Assembly: GCA_937625935.1 (NCBI GenBank)
Contig: OW569359.1
Coordinates: forward strand, 124,001 to 188,000
Direction of reading: 5' to 3'
Length of the DNA: 64,000 bases
From: Tetramitus jugosus
Taxonomy: Eukaryota > Protista > Heterolobosea
The translations under genes and the position numbers were made by a program. The notes beneath the pieces are model-generated. The model was not told the origin of the DNA, did not search any database, and saw nothing but the letters and a program-made list of their open reading frames with translations. Numbering within the stretch: the stretch's first letter is position 1; each line of letters opens with the position of its first letter. Below are positions 38,958 through 51,752 of this stretch, one piece after another.

Positions 38958-41900
38958 TTATGTTTCTGCCACTGCCACCTTAACGCAACAGACTGCGTTA
39001 ATGAGATCCTTGACTTTCATGAGAACCCAGTTTGAGGCAGAGTTCTTGATTTTGAGAACCATGGAATCAGGACGAGAGAACCACAGGGCAATGAAGGCTA
39101 AAATTCTGAAGGCAAGTCCATAGCCCAACAGTGCGGCCCACATCCATTTCAGATCGGCCAAATCGTAACCGAACAAGTCCAATGATCGATTAATGTTGTA
39201 AATATGTTTGTAGTATACAAGTTCGCTGAGATAGCTCATCTCGAGTCCAAAAGATAAATAGGAAGTAAAAGGTAGGATATTAAAAGGAGGTGACATGTCC
39301 TTGAATTCCCTACGAGTAGTAGTTGAACCACTGAACACGTTCATAATGAAAATGAATACCACAGCGAACAATTGTGCGTTCACATTGTTAATAACAATAG
39401 ACACCAAATAACCGAGTCCGTATGAGGTCCAATAGATCAGGAATAGCACGTAGTAGATCTCATAGAGTTGGGCTCTGGGATCGAGAAGAGTGTAGTACAT
39501 GACTAAGAAGATCCAAGGAGCCAATATATTCATTGGCAATATGGAGATATCCTTAGACCAGAAGTAGCAGAAAGTACTGAGACCTGTTTGAGACTCTCTC
39601 GCATAAACAATCTTTTCTTTTCCAAATACTTTCAAACTAGCCATAACTCCAGTTAGAGCCATGGCCAAATTCATCATACTTGCAGTTGTAAATACAGGGT
39701 CGTCGAGTGGCATCTCACACAGAGATCGCAATGCTTTTGGACATTGATTAGAAATCTCAGACTCAACAGGTCCAACATAAGTCTTGTTGTAGTAGATCAA
39801 ACCGAGGAACAAACCACAGATAAAAACAAGGAAGAAATCTTGGAGAATACTCATTATGCCTCTAATTTGTTGAGTTATGCTTCGGAGGAAGCACATCCAA
39901 AATTGACGGAAGTAACTGAGACTTGGATTCTTGAACTCGTTGGCACCATTGTTCAGGCTATGGGTATTATCATGAACAGGGAGATCAGAATCTCCCTTCA
40001 ACATCTTCCATTTTTCCTGAAGTTGCTCTGGATTGTAAGGCAGAGTAAAACTGTTGTAATTGTCAGCAGGGAGAGCATTTCCAGCTGTGATATCCATCAG
40101 ATAATCGGCTACATTGACCTGTGGAGGGAATACGAATCCCATCCCCTCAAAGTATTTTCTCACACCTTTGACAGGTCCCAAATAAGAAGTCTTTCCACCT
40201 TTACCCAAGAGGAGCAGTTGTTCGAACATCTCAAATATTTCAAAGCGAGGTTGATGGATAACAGTGATCACAGTGATTCCACTCTTAGCGATATCTTGCA
40301 AGACTTCACATACTTCTTTGCTGCTCGCAGAATCAAGACCTGAGGTAGGCTCATCACAGAACAATATGACAGGTTGTGCAACCAGTTCAATACCCACGTT
40401 CACACGTTTTCTCTGACCACCAGAGATACCTCTGTTGGTCTCATCACCAATGATCGAATGTCTAATGTCCTCCAATCTCAATACACGAATAACGTTGTTG
40501 ACAATGTAGGTAATCTGCTTGTTGGTGGTTCTTCGATCGAGACGGGTCTTGGCAGCAAAGAACAGAGTATCCTCGACTGTACAGTCACGGCACATGATGT
40601 CCTCTTGAGGCACGAAGCCAACCCTGAGATTGAAGCTAGTTAATTTGCGCTCTACGCCATTGACCCTGATGATACCCTCAGGAATACCATAGTGAGCCCG
40701 TCCTGCCAATGTAGTAATGAAGGTGCTCTGTGTGTAGTGTGAGAGTCAGTACATGTACGTGAATAGGGACAAATAAAAAAGTTACAATATATACAAACCT
40801 TGCCAGCGCCGCTCAAACCCATGACACAAGTCAGCTCACCATGTCGAATCTCACCAGTGACACCGTAAAGAACTCTCTTTCCAGTTGATCGAACCGTGAG
40901 ACCCAACTCCTCAAACTGAATATCGGCAGTAAATGTTGGACGCAACAAAGAGACAGTGTCCTCTTCTTCCTGATCTGCTTCACTTTCGAGGTCACTCTCA
41001 GCAAGAAGCGCACTTCTTTCTGTTGGTCTTGCATTAATTGATATCTTTCTTCTGTTCTTTCGGATCGTATTCTTTCGATTTTGTTCTTCCAATGCTTGTA
41101 GCCGTTGCTTACGAGATATCTTTTGATACAGGGATACATAGAATTTGAAAGATAAATAAGCAACAAGAATGAGCAATAGAACACCTACCACGACACCGAC
41201 AGCAAAAGAGGTTAGAGAATCCTTCGTAGAGCCAGCAGGGCATTGACCGAGGAAGGAGCATCGAACTGGATTTGTAGATCCTTGTCTGCAGAAGTAACCG
41301 GATGGACACTTGATTTGCTGGGTGGGATCTGGGCAATAGTAGCCCTCCTTGCACACGTCAGACAAAAAGCTGCCTGGTGGGCAGTATTCGGTCTTTGAAC
41401 AGTTCTTGATTGTGCTTGGAGAGGAACAATAAAATCCTGCAGGACAAGGTTCCAAGTCATAGGTACCTGGAGGACAGTAGGGCATAACAGTGGAATTTCT
41501 TGTATCGTTATAAGGATAGCATGGTGTAGGAGAGAGGATGGAGGAATTTGAGCAGTAAGTATTTGCTGGACATTCCAAAATATCATCAGGATCATCAGCT
41601 ACCTCATTCAAACGATAATTCAGGGCAGATACTGTTACTTGCAATGCCAGGGGACAATAGTCACCGGTCAGACAAGCCTTGACATCTTTGCCAAGGACAT
41701 GCTCTCCTTGCTTAAGCAACCATAGAGCATAACCTGGTGGCGCCAATATTGGAGGCTGATCAGCTGTTGGGCAAACAGCTCCAAATGGACATGAGATACT
41801 ATTGAGCGGTGACAAGTAACAAGTGTCATCACTGTCGTCAATAGGACATGGATGTGGTGCTGGAAGTCCAGTTTCATCACATAAAAATCCTTTAGGACAT

Positions 41901-44206
41901 GAGTGTATCACACCATTGGAGCAATAAACACCAGCTGGACAAGGCACCTGTGTCAGATGATTGAAAACGAAGTGACCTGGGGTAACTGATGACTCTACCA
42001 CAAATTCACTAAATCGATTACATAACACTCCATTTGCACACGACGAGGATAACATTCCAAATTGACGCATATCGACTGGTGCTGGTGGAAAACTGATGCA
42101 ATATTGCTTATACTTCGAGAGTAATGCAGAATCGGGATCATCATCCAACATTGAACATATCTCATTAAATCTCGTTAAGGATTGCATTTCATATTGATAT
42201 CTGGCTTGGGCTAGATACATGTGTTGTCCATTTTGGGAAACATGCATATCCAACGCTTGACCAGTAGCCGTTATCTTATTCATTAGCGTTAAATTGAAAT
42301 TTCCAAAAGGTTCGTTTGGTGACAGAGACATGGTCCTGGAGATGACATGGACAGCAGATGGATTTGGCATGGGTAATATCTCAGCATACTCTTTTCCGGC
42401 CTTCGTTGATTGGTTGTTAAAATTATGAGCGAGAACAAAGATATTATCCTGCCAGAAGCTCTCAAAGAATGGTTGAAGAAGGTTATCATCCACATTCAAA
42501 ATGAGAGGATCACATTTGCCCAGAGTGGCATTAGTGTACAGTAGGGTGACAGATTCGATACAATCCATGTACATTTCATTATTTCCCAAATATTGGTAGA
42601 CAGTCTCACACACAATAAATGGCTCCAATGTTCCGTTTCGTTGATATGTGTTCATACCGTTAATATATGATGGAGCGTCCATAAATCTCGTTTCAATACT
42701 GTCGACCCAGTCATAATTAATTTGTGTAACCTGTTGTGCACAACCTTTGCAATTTGTAAAGGTTTTATCCTTTGTTCTCATCGCAGGATTAAAAACACAT
42801 TCATCGGATGAGTCAGGAGTTGTCTCATCCTGACAAATCTTTGAATAACTGTCAAAATCGACCATTGCTAAATCCTCCAGATGAACTGTTGTTATTGATG
42901 TGTCTACACGTGTTCCTGCGGCCATTTTCGTCACTGCAACTGACAAATAAACCTGCTGAGAAGGAGCAAATTGTGCAGACGAGCATGATACAATTCCATC
43001 CGATTTAACAATAGGGTCACGAATTGTAGCAGCAAATGGCTTAATAGTTGTCACAGTTGACGATGCAAGTCCATCACTTCTTCTACTTGACTTATCCATC
43101 ACCCATGCTAATGAATTTAAACTATTCGGCGAAATCATATCGCTCAAATCCATATCTTTATGACATGTAGTATTACTTCCTGACTCAATCGATCCAAAGT
43201 GAATCATACGAACTTGAATAGAATCATAGACAAATATTAGCAGTCGCTGTGTAATGCCATTTGGTAGTACGCTAGGGATCCTCATAGGAAAAGGATTTCT
43301 ATTCTGTTCTTGCCAAACGTCAAATCTACCTGCTTGGAACATCCAGTCAAAACCAAGGATATTACCATTGGCACCCTTGATGTTCAACGAACAAGATTTT
43401 TCACCAGTAACAGTGTAAAATTGCAAATTCTGAGGTGTAAGCACTGCATAAATTGGCTTCTCAGCATTCTTGTCGCTAGGCATGACTCTCCATTGCAGAA
43501 TCTCAGCTTCCTCAATGCTCCAAACCAACTTTAATCGACCAATAACGGTTAGATCAAAAGCAGATAGACGATCCTTGTTTTTCGCTTGATCACGCTGAAG
43601 CACAATCACTGTCGAATAGCTAAAGATATCCATACCAATCACCTCGCAATTATCACTGTTGGGTATCGCTACTGGTATGACTTTGGGCAATCCTTTGCTC
43701 ACATACTTCATCATATAAATATTGTTGTCGACTGTGGCGAGCACGACGACTCGAGCCTTCAGAAACCTATCATTCACATCCACTGTTCTAAATGCAACAA
43801 TACTCTTGCACAATTCTCCAGGTTGACCATTACCATCATTGTTGGTCGATGAGCACCAGTACTTGGTAGGTATGGGAGCAGAGGGATCCACAGGAACGCC
43901 TTGAGGGAACAAGAGTTGAAACTGTGATGAGAATGGATTGAGGTATTGACACCAGGAGGTCTCACTCGTGTAGTTTGAAGTTCTTTGCTTTTGACAAATG
44001 TGATCTGGACCGTGATACACATGATCATCAATCAAGACTTTCAAATCATGATTGCTATTCTTGTTGTTGCTGTTCTGACTCTTTCTTGTGTTCACAAGCT
44101 TCTTGTGAGTCATACGACTGTCAACTGCTGAGAGGCACTGATGCAAGGCAAGCAGTGCTACAAAGAAGAGAAGCCATAAGCCGTGCTTGATTGTCACCAC
44201 GCCCAT
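38958..44206 (-). CDS. ABCG half-transporter with a ~1000-aa extracellular N-terminal domain, 2 exons (44206-40799, 40727-38958)
   Basis: Intron 40728-40798 (GTTTGT...CTGAC...CAG) splits Walker A GLSGAGK|ST. Signature ISGGQRKRV, Walker B LFCDEPTSGLD, CPxGxYC repeats, a TM before the NBD and a C-terminal ABC2 membrane domain. Confidence 0.93.
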
Positions 44207-44721
44207 TGTAAGTTGTTTCTTATTGATGGTGTGTTGTTGGGTGGTGTTTCAAGCTCTTGTGTGAGTTCAAAAATTTGGTGTTGTTTGTGGTGTGGTTTTT
44301 TTGGTGGTGGTGTTTCTTTTGGATTGCCAAAACTCAATGTCAAACTTTCTGTGAACGACGTGCTACGAAATGATGTTGTTATGCCTTTTCTTCTTGTTAA
44401 AAAAAAAAGAATAGCTGCAGAGACTCAAGAAAATGGAAGATTATGCAGCCAAACACGCAACAGTAAAAGGATGACAATGACGAGTGGAAGTGTGTGGAAA
44501 GACAAGGGCAACTTTTAAGGTTTTTGGCATCTCAAACAGGAATTCCTTCCCTCCAATTTGGAATCACGTGATTGCTTCAACGAACTGCTTGAAATACGAA
44601 TTTGAACTTCAATTTCTCCCAAGCACTCCGCCACAAGAAAAAAAACGCTCCGACACCAAAAAGAGTGAAAAAAAAAGCTTCGCAACCAAAATCAACAACA
44701 ACAAAGCACAAAAGAATTATC

Positions 44722-46476
44722 ATGACCAAAGGAGCAGCAAGCGAATTGAGTCAATCTGAAGCGAGCGTCAAAGTCGTTGGTGAAATTGTTCAAGGACTCA
44801 TCAAAGCTTACGAAAGCGGAGAAACTGTTCACTTGAACAAAATTCGCGCCGAAGTACAAAAAAAATATCGAACCAAAACGGGTCCAAAACTCGTTGAAGT
44901 CATTGCGGCCATACCTGAAAAATACAAGGAAGCTCTATTGCCCATGCTAAAGGTCAAACCTGTTCGAACAGCCTCTGGTATCGCAATTGTCGCAGTCATG
45001 TGCAAACCACATCGTTGTCCTCACATTGCCATGACTGGTAACATTTGTGTGTATTGTCCAGGTGGTCCAGACTCTGATTTTGAGTATTCTACTCAGTCTT
45101 ACACGGGATATGAACCAACGAGTATGAGAGCGATCCGTGCTCGGTACAATCCATATCTACAGACACGTAATCGATTGGATCAGTTGAAGAGGTTGGGACA
45201 TGATTGTGACAAGGTTGAATTTATCATTATGGGTGGCACATTCATGTCACTAGACAAGGAATACAGAGATTATTTTATTAGGAATTTGCATGATGCGTTG
45301 AGTGGTCACACATCACAATCTGTCGAAGAAGCAGTCAAGTACAGTGAACAGAGTAAGACAAAGTGTATTGGTATTACGATTGAGACGAGACCAGACTATT
45401 GTTTGAAGCCTCACTTGTCCAACATGTTGTCCTATGGTTGTACGAGATTGGAGATTGGTGTTCAGAGCATTTATGAAGATGTGGCACGTGATACAAACAG
45501 AGGACACACGGTCGGATCCGTCACCAAGTGTTTCCAGTTTGGTAAGGACACTGGATTCAAGGTTGTGGCTCACATGATGCCCGATTTGCCCAATATGGAC
45601 ATGGAGAGAGACATGGAGGGATTCAAGGAGTTTTTTGAGAATCCAGCCTTCAGACCAGACGGTGTCAAGATTTATCCCACACTGGTCATTAGAGGAACAG
45701 GTCTTTATGAGCTGTGGAAGACTGGTCAATACAAGAATTACTCACCTAATGCACTGATTGATCTAGTGGCAAAGATTTTGAGTTTGGTGCCTCCATGGAC
45801 CCGTGTCTACCGTATCCAAAGAGATATTCCAATGCCACTTGTATCGAGTGGTGTGGAGAATGGTAATCTCAGAGAGTTGGCCCTGTGGAGAATGAAGGAT
45901 CTGGGACTCAAGTGCAGAGATGTTCGTACGCGTGAAGTCGGTATCCAAAACATTCACAACAAGATTCTGCCAGATCGTGTGGATTTGATCCGAAGAGACT
46001 ACTATGCCAATGGTGGTTGGGAAACATTTATTGCCTATGAGGATCCATATCAGGACATTTTGATTGGTTTGTTGCGTTTGAGAAAGTGCTCCTCTGAGAT
46101 GACATTTAGACCAGAGTTGACAAGGAACACCATGGACGGCAAGGTCATTCCAATGCCAAAGGAGTTCACAAAGGAGGAAGAAGATGAACAAGCACAGTAC
46201 GAGAAGCAACAAGCTGAGCAGGATGTTCAGTGTTCAATCGTTAGAGAATTGCACGTGTACGGTAGTGTTGTGCCTGTTCACGAGAGAGATCCAACAAAGT
46301 TCCAACACAAGGGCTTTGGTACATTGTTGATGGAGGAAGCTGCCAGAATTGCCAAAGAAGAACACGGATCACTGAAGCTTGCTGTCATTTCTGGTGTTGG
46401 TACAAGAAACTATTACAAGAGACTTGGATACTCACTCGACGGACCATACATGTCCAAGTGGCTCTATGATAATTAA
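44722..46476 (+). CDS. ELP3: Elongator complex protein 3 (radical SAM + KAT)
   Basis: [23 protein letters not shown]...[50 protein letters not shown]. Confidence 0.98.
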   Translation: MTKGAASELSQSEASVKVVGEIVQGLIKAYESGETVHLNKIRAEVQKKYRTKTGPKLVEVIAAIPEKYKEALLPMLKVKPVRTASGIAIVAVMCKPHRCPHIAMTGNICVYCPGGPDSDFEYSTQSYTGYEPTSMRAIRARYNPYLQTRNRLDQLKRLGHDCDKVEFIIMGGTFMSLDKEYRDYFIRNLHDALSGHTSQSVEEAVKYSEQSKTKCIGITIETRPDYCLKPHLSNMLSYGCTRLEIGVQSIYEDVARDTNRGHTVGSVTKCFQFGKDTGFKVVAHMMPDLPNMDMERDMEGFKEFFENPAFRPDGVKIYPTLVIRGTGLYELWKTGQYKNYSPNALIDLVAKILSLVPPWTRVYRIQRDIPMPLVSSGVENGNLRELALWRMKDLGLKCRDVRTREVGIQNIHNKILPDRVDLIRRDYYANGGWETFIAYEDPYQDILIGLLRLRKCSSEMTFRPELTRNTMDGKVIPMPKEFTKEEEDEQAQYEKQQAEQDVQCSIVRELHVYGSVVPVHERDPTKFQHKGFGTLLMEEAARIAKEEHGSLKLAVISGVGTRNYYKRLGYSLDGPYMSKWLYDN

Positions 46477-46512
46477 ATAACACATATTTTCCATCTTAGT
46501 TATTCAGCTACT

Positions 46513-48669
46513 TTATTGTAGAGTGCTAAGCTTGCGCAGGAAATCTCCCACCAAGTAGAAGCTTCCTGTCACGAGAAGATGCATATTTCCCTGTTCGAAA
46601 GCCCATCGTAGCAGAGCATTAATGCCTTCCTTTGTGACGATTTGTTGGTGTGCTTTTTGTTTGTTCTTCGTGAGCTCTAGCCACAGATCTTGCAACCGTT
46701 TGATTTGGTCATCGACTGCAGGGTCGTGCTTGTGAGTGTCACTAGACTTCTTACTCAGCGAAGTCTTTTGCGAATCAATTGGAAGGAACACCACGTAATC
46801 AAATATCTCACACTCCTCTGCTAGAGGAGCCAGTAGATCTTTTGGATCTCTAGTTCCCGTATAGTTGAAAACAAGGACGGTTTTCATCGATGGTTGATTC
46901 TTTTGTTGTGTCTTTGCATTTTGAACAAATGAACGCAGTTCAATCTCAGCGTCATCATCTGGAGCTGCAGGTTCGAGAGAGGTGGTGGACTCCACAAACG
47001 TTCCAGCACTAATCGGTTCGAGTGACTTGCGCTTGAACCATTGGGTACAATACTGGATGCTATCATCAGTGTGAGCTCCATCCAAGTAAAATAGAAGGGA
47101 GTGGTCCGAGAATGGAATGACGTGACCTCGGCCTGGCCATGCACAGCTCAAAAGACCTCGCACAAAGCTGTCACTCAGACCATTTGCTTGATATGGTTCC
47201 AATTCCAAGTGTTCATTGTTGATTTCAGTGACTGAGGAGCTACTACTAGCTTGTTCCGATTGAGACTGATTCCATGCTTGCATTCGCTCTTCAATCAATC
47301 GAACAGTCTCAGGCTTCAGCACATTCTTTGCATTTCGGTCGTTCAAATAAATAAAAGTTTCGCAAAGTGCAATCGCTAGCGCAGCGTTCCATCGTTGATG
47401 CTCTCCTCCACTCAATAAATTATTCTGGCTCTCCACAAGTGGAATATCAGAAAACAGTTCAAATCTCGATTCGTACAATGGATTCTTGTGTGATGTCTTT
47501 TTTTCCACTGCTGCATCCTCACTACCATTCTCCTTCATAGTCAATTGACACTTGTCCAACAGAGGATGCACATTATAGTACTTTAATCCCTGTTCAGACA
47601 AGAACAAGTCATTGAATTGCGAGACATCTGATTGTGCAAAATTGTAAAAGACACGCTTCACAATATCTCGCTGTCCCTGCGTCGTTATGCACACACTGTT
47701 CGGTTTCATAATACCTGCCTTCTGTAGTGCAATCTGATCCAAATTTTCTCCCAACAAATCCGTATGATCCATTCCAATGCTCGTTATACCGCACACCAAC
47801 GGTTCCTTGATTATATTCGTGCTGTCGTACACTCCACCGACTCCCACTTCCAATATACTGACTTGAACACCTTCATGAGCAAAGATTCGAAACGCCAAAA
47901 CAGTCAAAAATCGAAAGTACGTTGCCATTGACGGAAACACTTCATTCGTAGTTTCCATCAATCTCCGATAACAGTACCAAAAGTGTTGCATAAACACTGG
48001 TTTACTCACTGGTTGTCCATTGATCCGTATACGTTCTCTCACATCAATCAAGTGAGGTGACGTGAACATTCCAGTCTTGTATCCACAATTCCGAAGTATA
48101 CTCTCACAGAATGCACAAGTGCTTCCTTTGCCCTTTGTTCCTGCAATGTGAATCACTGGTGGAATAATTGATACTTCATCTGGTGATAACAATAACCATG
48201 ATACATTGTCACTATTCTCATCATATTTTTGTTCTTGTTCAGAAATGTTCAATCGATTCATATAACTGTTCATAGCTTCCAAATTGCACTGTTGTCTCGT
48301 ATCAGATGGTCGATTGGACTTTGGAAGACGCAAAATGAGTGATTCTAGTGCTTGCATTGTTTTTTCATAGCTCATTTCATCGTTTGTTGAGAATTCTGGT
48401 TGAACAAACAGTGATGAATAACGATTGGATGATGAGGAGCTATGTTGTTGTTGTTGCATTCTTGTGATTGAATTGCTGTTAACGAGAATGTTGTTGTTGT
48501 TGTTCGTGTGATAGTGATGATGTTGATGATGAAAGCTTTTGGAGGAGAAATGGAGAGGAGACTTGGTCAAAGTGATGACTTTCTGATTTTGATGATGATG
48601 ATGATGATGATAACAACAACGAGAAACTGGTTTTGATGATGATAATGATGAGTGAACAAATCTTTTCAT
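46513..48669 (-). CDS. FPGS: Folylpolyglutamate synthase, possibly with a mitochondrial presequence
   Basis: IHIAGTKGKGSTC, FTSPHL...RERIRING, LEVGVGGVYDSTN, WPGR, YLDGAHT, LVTGSFYLVG. Confidence 0.95.
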   Translation of the reverse strand: MKRFVHSSLSSSKPVSRCCYHHHHHHQNQKVITLTKSPLHFSSKSFHHQHHHYHTNNNNNILVNSNSITRMQQQQHSSSSSNRYSSLFVQPEFSTNDEMSYEKTMQALESLILRLPKSNRPSDTRQQCNLEAMNSYMNRLNISEQEQKYDENSDNVSWLLLSPDEVSIIPPVIHIAGTKGKGSTCAFCESILRNCGYKTGMFTSPHLIDVRERIRINGQPVSKPVFMQHFWYCYRRLMETTNEVFPSMATYFRFLTVLAFRIFAHEGVQVSILEVGVGGVYDSTNIIKEPLVCGITSIGMDHTDLLGENLDQIALQKAGIMKPNSVCITTQGQRDIVKRVFYNFAQSDVSQFNDLFLSEQGLKYYNVHPLLDKCQLTMKENGSEDAAVEKKTSHKNPLYESRFELFSDIPLVESQNNLLSGGEHQRWNAALAIALCETFIYLNDRNAKNVLKPETVRLIEERMQAWNQSQSEQASSSSSVTEINNEHLELEPYQANGLSDSFVRGLLSCAWPGRGHVIPFSDHSLLFYLDGAHTDDSIQYCTQWFKRKSLEPISAGTFVESTTSLEPAAPDDDAEIELRSFVQNAKTQQKNQPSMKTVLVFNYTGTRDPKDLLAPLAEECEIFDYVVFLPIDSQKTSLSKKSSDTHKHDPAVDDQIKRLQDLWLELTKNKQKAHQQIVTKEGINALLRWAFEQGNMHLLVTGSFYLVGDFLRKLSTLQ

Positions 48670-48890
48670 GTTGAGTGTTGTTGTGTCAGATTTTATAGCT
48701 TGCGAGAGCGGGAAGAGCGGGATAATAATTTTGAGGCCGCGCCGAGCGAGTGTTTACAATGGAGGGATTTTGGGACACGCGTTCTTTTGAGATGACTTCA
48801 GTAGGTTTATTGAGGTTGGCTGGGTTCTGGTTGATTGGAGATGATGATGGCTGAGGGAATTGGGGTGTTGTGTGAAATGGAAAGGTTTTC

Positions 48891-50169
48891 TCAAATGGTG
48901 AAAATGCTGATATCAAAGAGATGACCGCATGAGAGCATGGTACGGCCCATTCTCCTAGAGTGTTGTTCACTCTCATAGTTGAGAGATGGGAGTGAGAGCT
49001 TGATGTCCTTACCAGTGTGGAATAGAGTGTAACTTGATCCGCATTGAACATCCTGAGCACATCGCACAACAGGGTGAGACTCAATACATTGCAGAGCCTT
49101 CTCTGGTTCTTCATTGGATCCTCTGCGGTTCGTCTCTGGTGCATTTCCCAGGCGCCCCAGACTACCTGATCCAAAGCCACGTACATTACCAGTCTGTGAC
49201 AAAAACATTCCATGTTTACAGTTGCTTGGCATTGCAACGATTACTGCATCTGGAGAACTGATTCTGGTGAGAGTGGGATATTTGTTCGTTCCCAGTGCAT
49301 AAACATGACCTTTCTCTGTCAGAAAGAGGAACATGTCGTCAGGAGAAACAGCAACGTCGATAATCCGATGTTCACCCAAGTATCTGAATAGGGTCAGGTT
49401 CTTTGTCTTCTCCATTTGAGAACCAACCCCCGATGTATTCACTGATCCTGATCCGTAGACACGACCTTTGTTGGTGAGAAGTATGAGAGTATCATTCGTC
49501 ATACGAATGGTCCTTACATACTCACCATCGTCCATCTGATTTCCTTGGAACATGCAAGGTTCGATCTCTTCAGGCGTGTAGCATCGAATTTCCCTATTCT
49601 TGTTGGAATTGAGCAAGTTGCAATAACCCATGACATAAACTTTGTTGCTAAACTTTTCAATCACAAAACTACAGGTCTCAAAAGCATATATTTTGCTGAT
49701 GACCTTATCTTTGAAGAATTTAGGCACTGTGGGAACGACCAAGCTACTTCCGAATGTTGTTTGGCCATGATCTGATTTTCCGCTTGTATAAAGCAGACCA
49801 TCACGTCTAAGGAACAAGTGATGACCAATACCGATGGCCACATCAACAATATTAGACAACTGAGGAATAAGAACGGGTTCGTGGCATTGTTTCTTTGGGT
49901 AACCTTCAACTACTGTTTGGGACCCAAACATGTACACCCTTGAATTTGAATCAACGATTGCACCAGTAAAGGAACCACAAATAATCTTCTGAATCTTTAG
50001 ATGACCGACATCAGCAACAAAAGGCTTGAAATAATCCTTCTTTTCTTTCTGACAACATTGGCCGTACTATCCAACAAAAAATGCAAGGGTTAGGTCTTTC
50101 TTGACATAGTTCATAAAATAAAGGAAAGTTTACCTCATTCCAACCACAAGAGAATAACTGAGTGTTCAT
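48891..50169 (-). CDS. RCC1-repeat protein, 2 exons (50169-50134, 50066-48891)
   Basis: Intron 50067-50133 gives MNTQLFSCGWNE|YGQC; RCC1 repeats LYTSGKSDHGQ, VRGFGSGSLGRLG, VQCGSSYTLF. Confidence 0.85.
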
Positions 50170-50419
50170 GATTTGTTTTGTCTGGTAGGATTATCGGTTG
50201 TCGTTGCTTTTAAAGGCTCTTGGAGGGGGGTGTTGTTGGTATACCATCAACTTCAACAAAAAGTAGCCTTTTTAGAAACCGGCAGTGACTTTTTAAGCAG
50301 TGATTTTTGTAAAGTCGTTGTGCGCAATCCTTTTGTGGAGCAAACGTGAAATTGATCCTGCTGTTCCCTGAACGGATCCAAGGAGGATGTCAACTACGAA
50401 TTTTTTATTTGAAGTGTGA

Positions 50420-51610
50420 TTACTTTGGCTTTCCTATGATCATTGCGGATGGTGCTCTGGATCGGAACGTGCCGGTCAATTGGAATCCTGAAGCTTCATA
50501 AATGGCCCTGTATTCATCCAATGTTCTTTCCTTGGCATTGAGCACAGCCAACATCTGCAAATCTAACCATCTCGCATCCATCACAGGATCGTACACTCCC
50601 TCCTCGATGGGTTGCTCAATAAGGATTAAAGTAGCATTTGAATTGTTACCTATTGCCTTGCGGATTGTCTTCAATATTCGAATGGCATCCGCGTCATTCC
50701 AATCGTGGATAATGAATCGAAGCAAATAGACATCTCCGACTGGAACCTTATCGAAGAAGTCGCCCGGTACTAATTGAATTCGATCAGCGTACGATGACTT
50801 GCTCCAAACAGATTTTGCATGATCAATCACCAGAGGTCTATCAAACAAAATACCCTTGACACCAGGATGGTTCTCTAGAATGGAACGAAGCAATGCTCCT
50901 TCACCACCTCCAATATCAACAATAGTCTTGTATTGAGAGAAATCATAATCCTTACTCATCCATGCATGTGATCTCATCGACAGTGTTTTCATTGCCATGT
51001 CAAATATGTAAGATTCATCCTTATTCGCATCCATCGCACTCCAAAAGTTGCCCTCACCATAGTACTTTACAGGATCTCCTTCCTTCATATCGACAGTCTC
51101 TATCAAGTGTTCCCAAGGAGCATAGGTCTGTCCTACAAAATGCAACACACTGTAACGAACAGAATCCGGAGCGTTCGTTCTCAGTACATCAGACAACTTT
51201 GTATTCTCAAAGACACCCTTACTCTTCTCTCTAAATACACCAGCACTAGTCAATGCTCTTAGGATTCGATACAGATTCTTTGGATTTTTAACATTTGTTT
51301 TCTGGGCGAGCTGTTCAATCGTCAATGGACCTTTCTCTAAATGATCAGCAACAGCCAGCTTAGCAGCAACATAAACAGCTTGTGATTTGAAGAAACCTGC
51401 CGCCATCATTATCATGTAAGCTGGTGGAGGTGTGACAGTGCTCGAAAGGGAAGCCAAAGTACCCATCACCCAATTCATACCCTTCACTGCAACAGCAGGA
51501 GGGTCTTGACCCATTTTCTCGAGCCACTCTCTGTTGGAAGGAGACGCCCAAAAACCAGCGACCACAGCAATGATCGCAACGATCAATAGTACAAAAATCT
51601 TGGATAACAT
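50420..51610 (-). CDS. Class II SAM-dependent O-methyltransferase with an N-terminal signal/anchor
   Basis: Dimerisation HTH (LYRILRALTSAGVF), IVDIGGGEG, PGDFF, IIHDWND, AKERT. Confidence 0.93.
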   Translation of the reverse strand: MLSKIFVLLIVAIIAVVAGFWASPSNREWLEKMGQDPPAVAVKGMNWVMGTLASLSSTVTPPPAYMIMMAAGFFKSQAVYVAAKLAVADHLEKGPLTIEQLAQKTNVKNPKNLYRILRALTSAGVFREKSKGVFENTKLSDVLRTNAPDSVRYSVLHFVGQTYAPWEHLIETVDMKEGDPVKYYGEGNFWSAMDANKDESYIFDMAMKTLSMRSHAWMSKDYDFSQYKTIVDIGGGEGALLRSILENHPGVKGILFDRPLVIDHAKSVWSKSSYADRIQLVPGDFFDKVPVGDVYLLRFIIHDWNDADAIRILKTIRKAIGNNSNATLILIEQPIEEGVYDPVMDARWLDLQMLAVLNAKERTLDEYRAIYEASGFQLTGTFRSRAPSAMIIGKPK

Positions 51611-51752
51611 AGACAGGTATTACTTCTGTTTTTTTGTTGTTATTGAATTCTGATCTCACGTCACCCAAAGATAATCCGGACGCGTGTTATTGCCCAAAAA
51701 TAGATGTACGGTGGAAGTGATGGACAAAATAAGGTTTATCGATCGGCTACTC

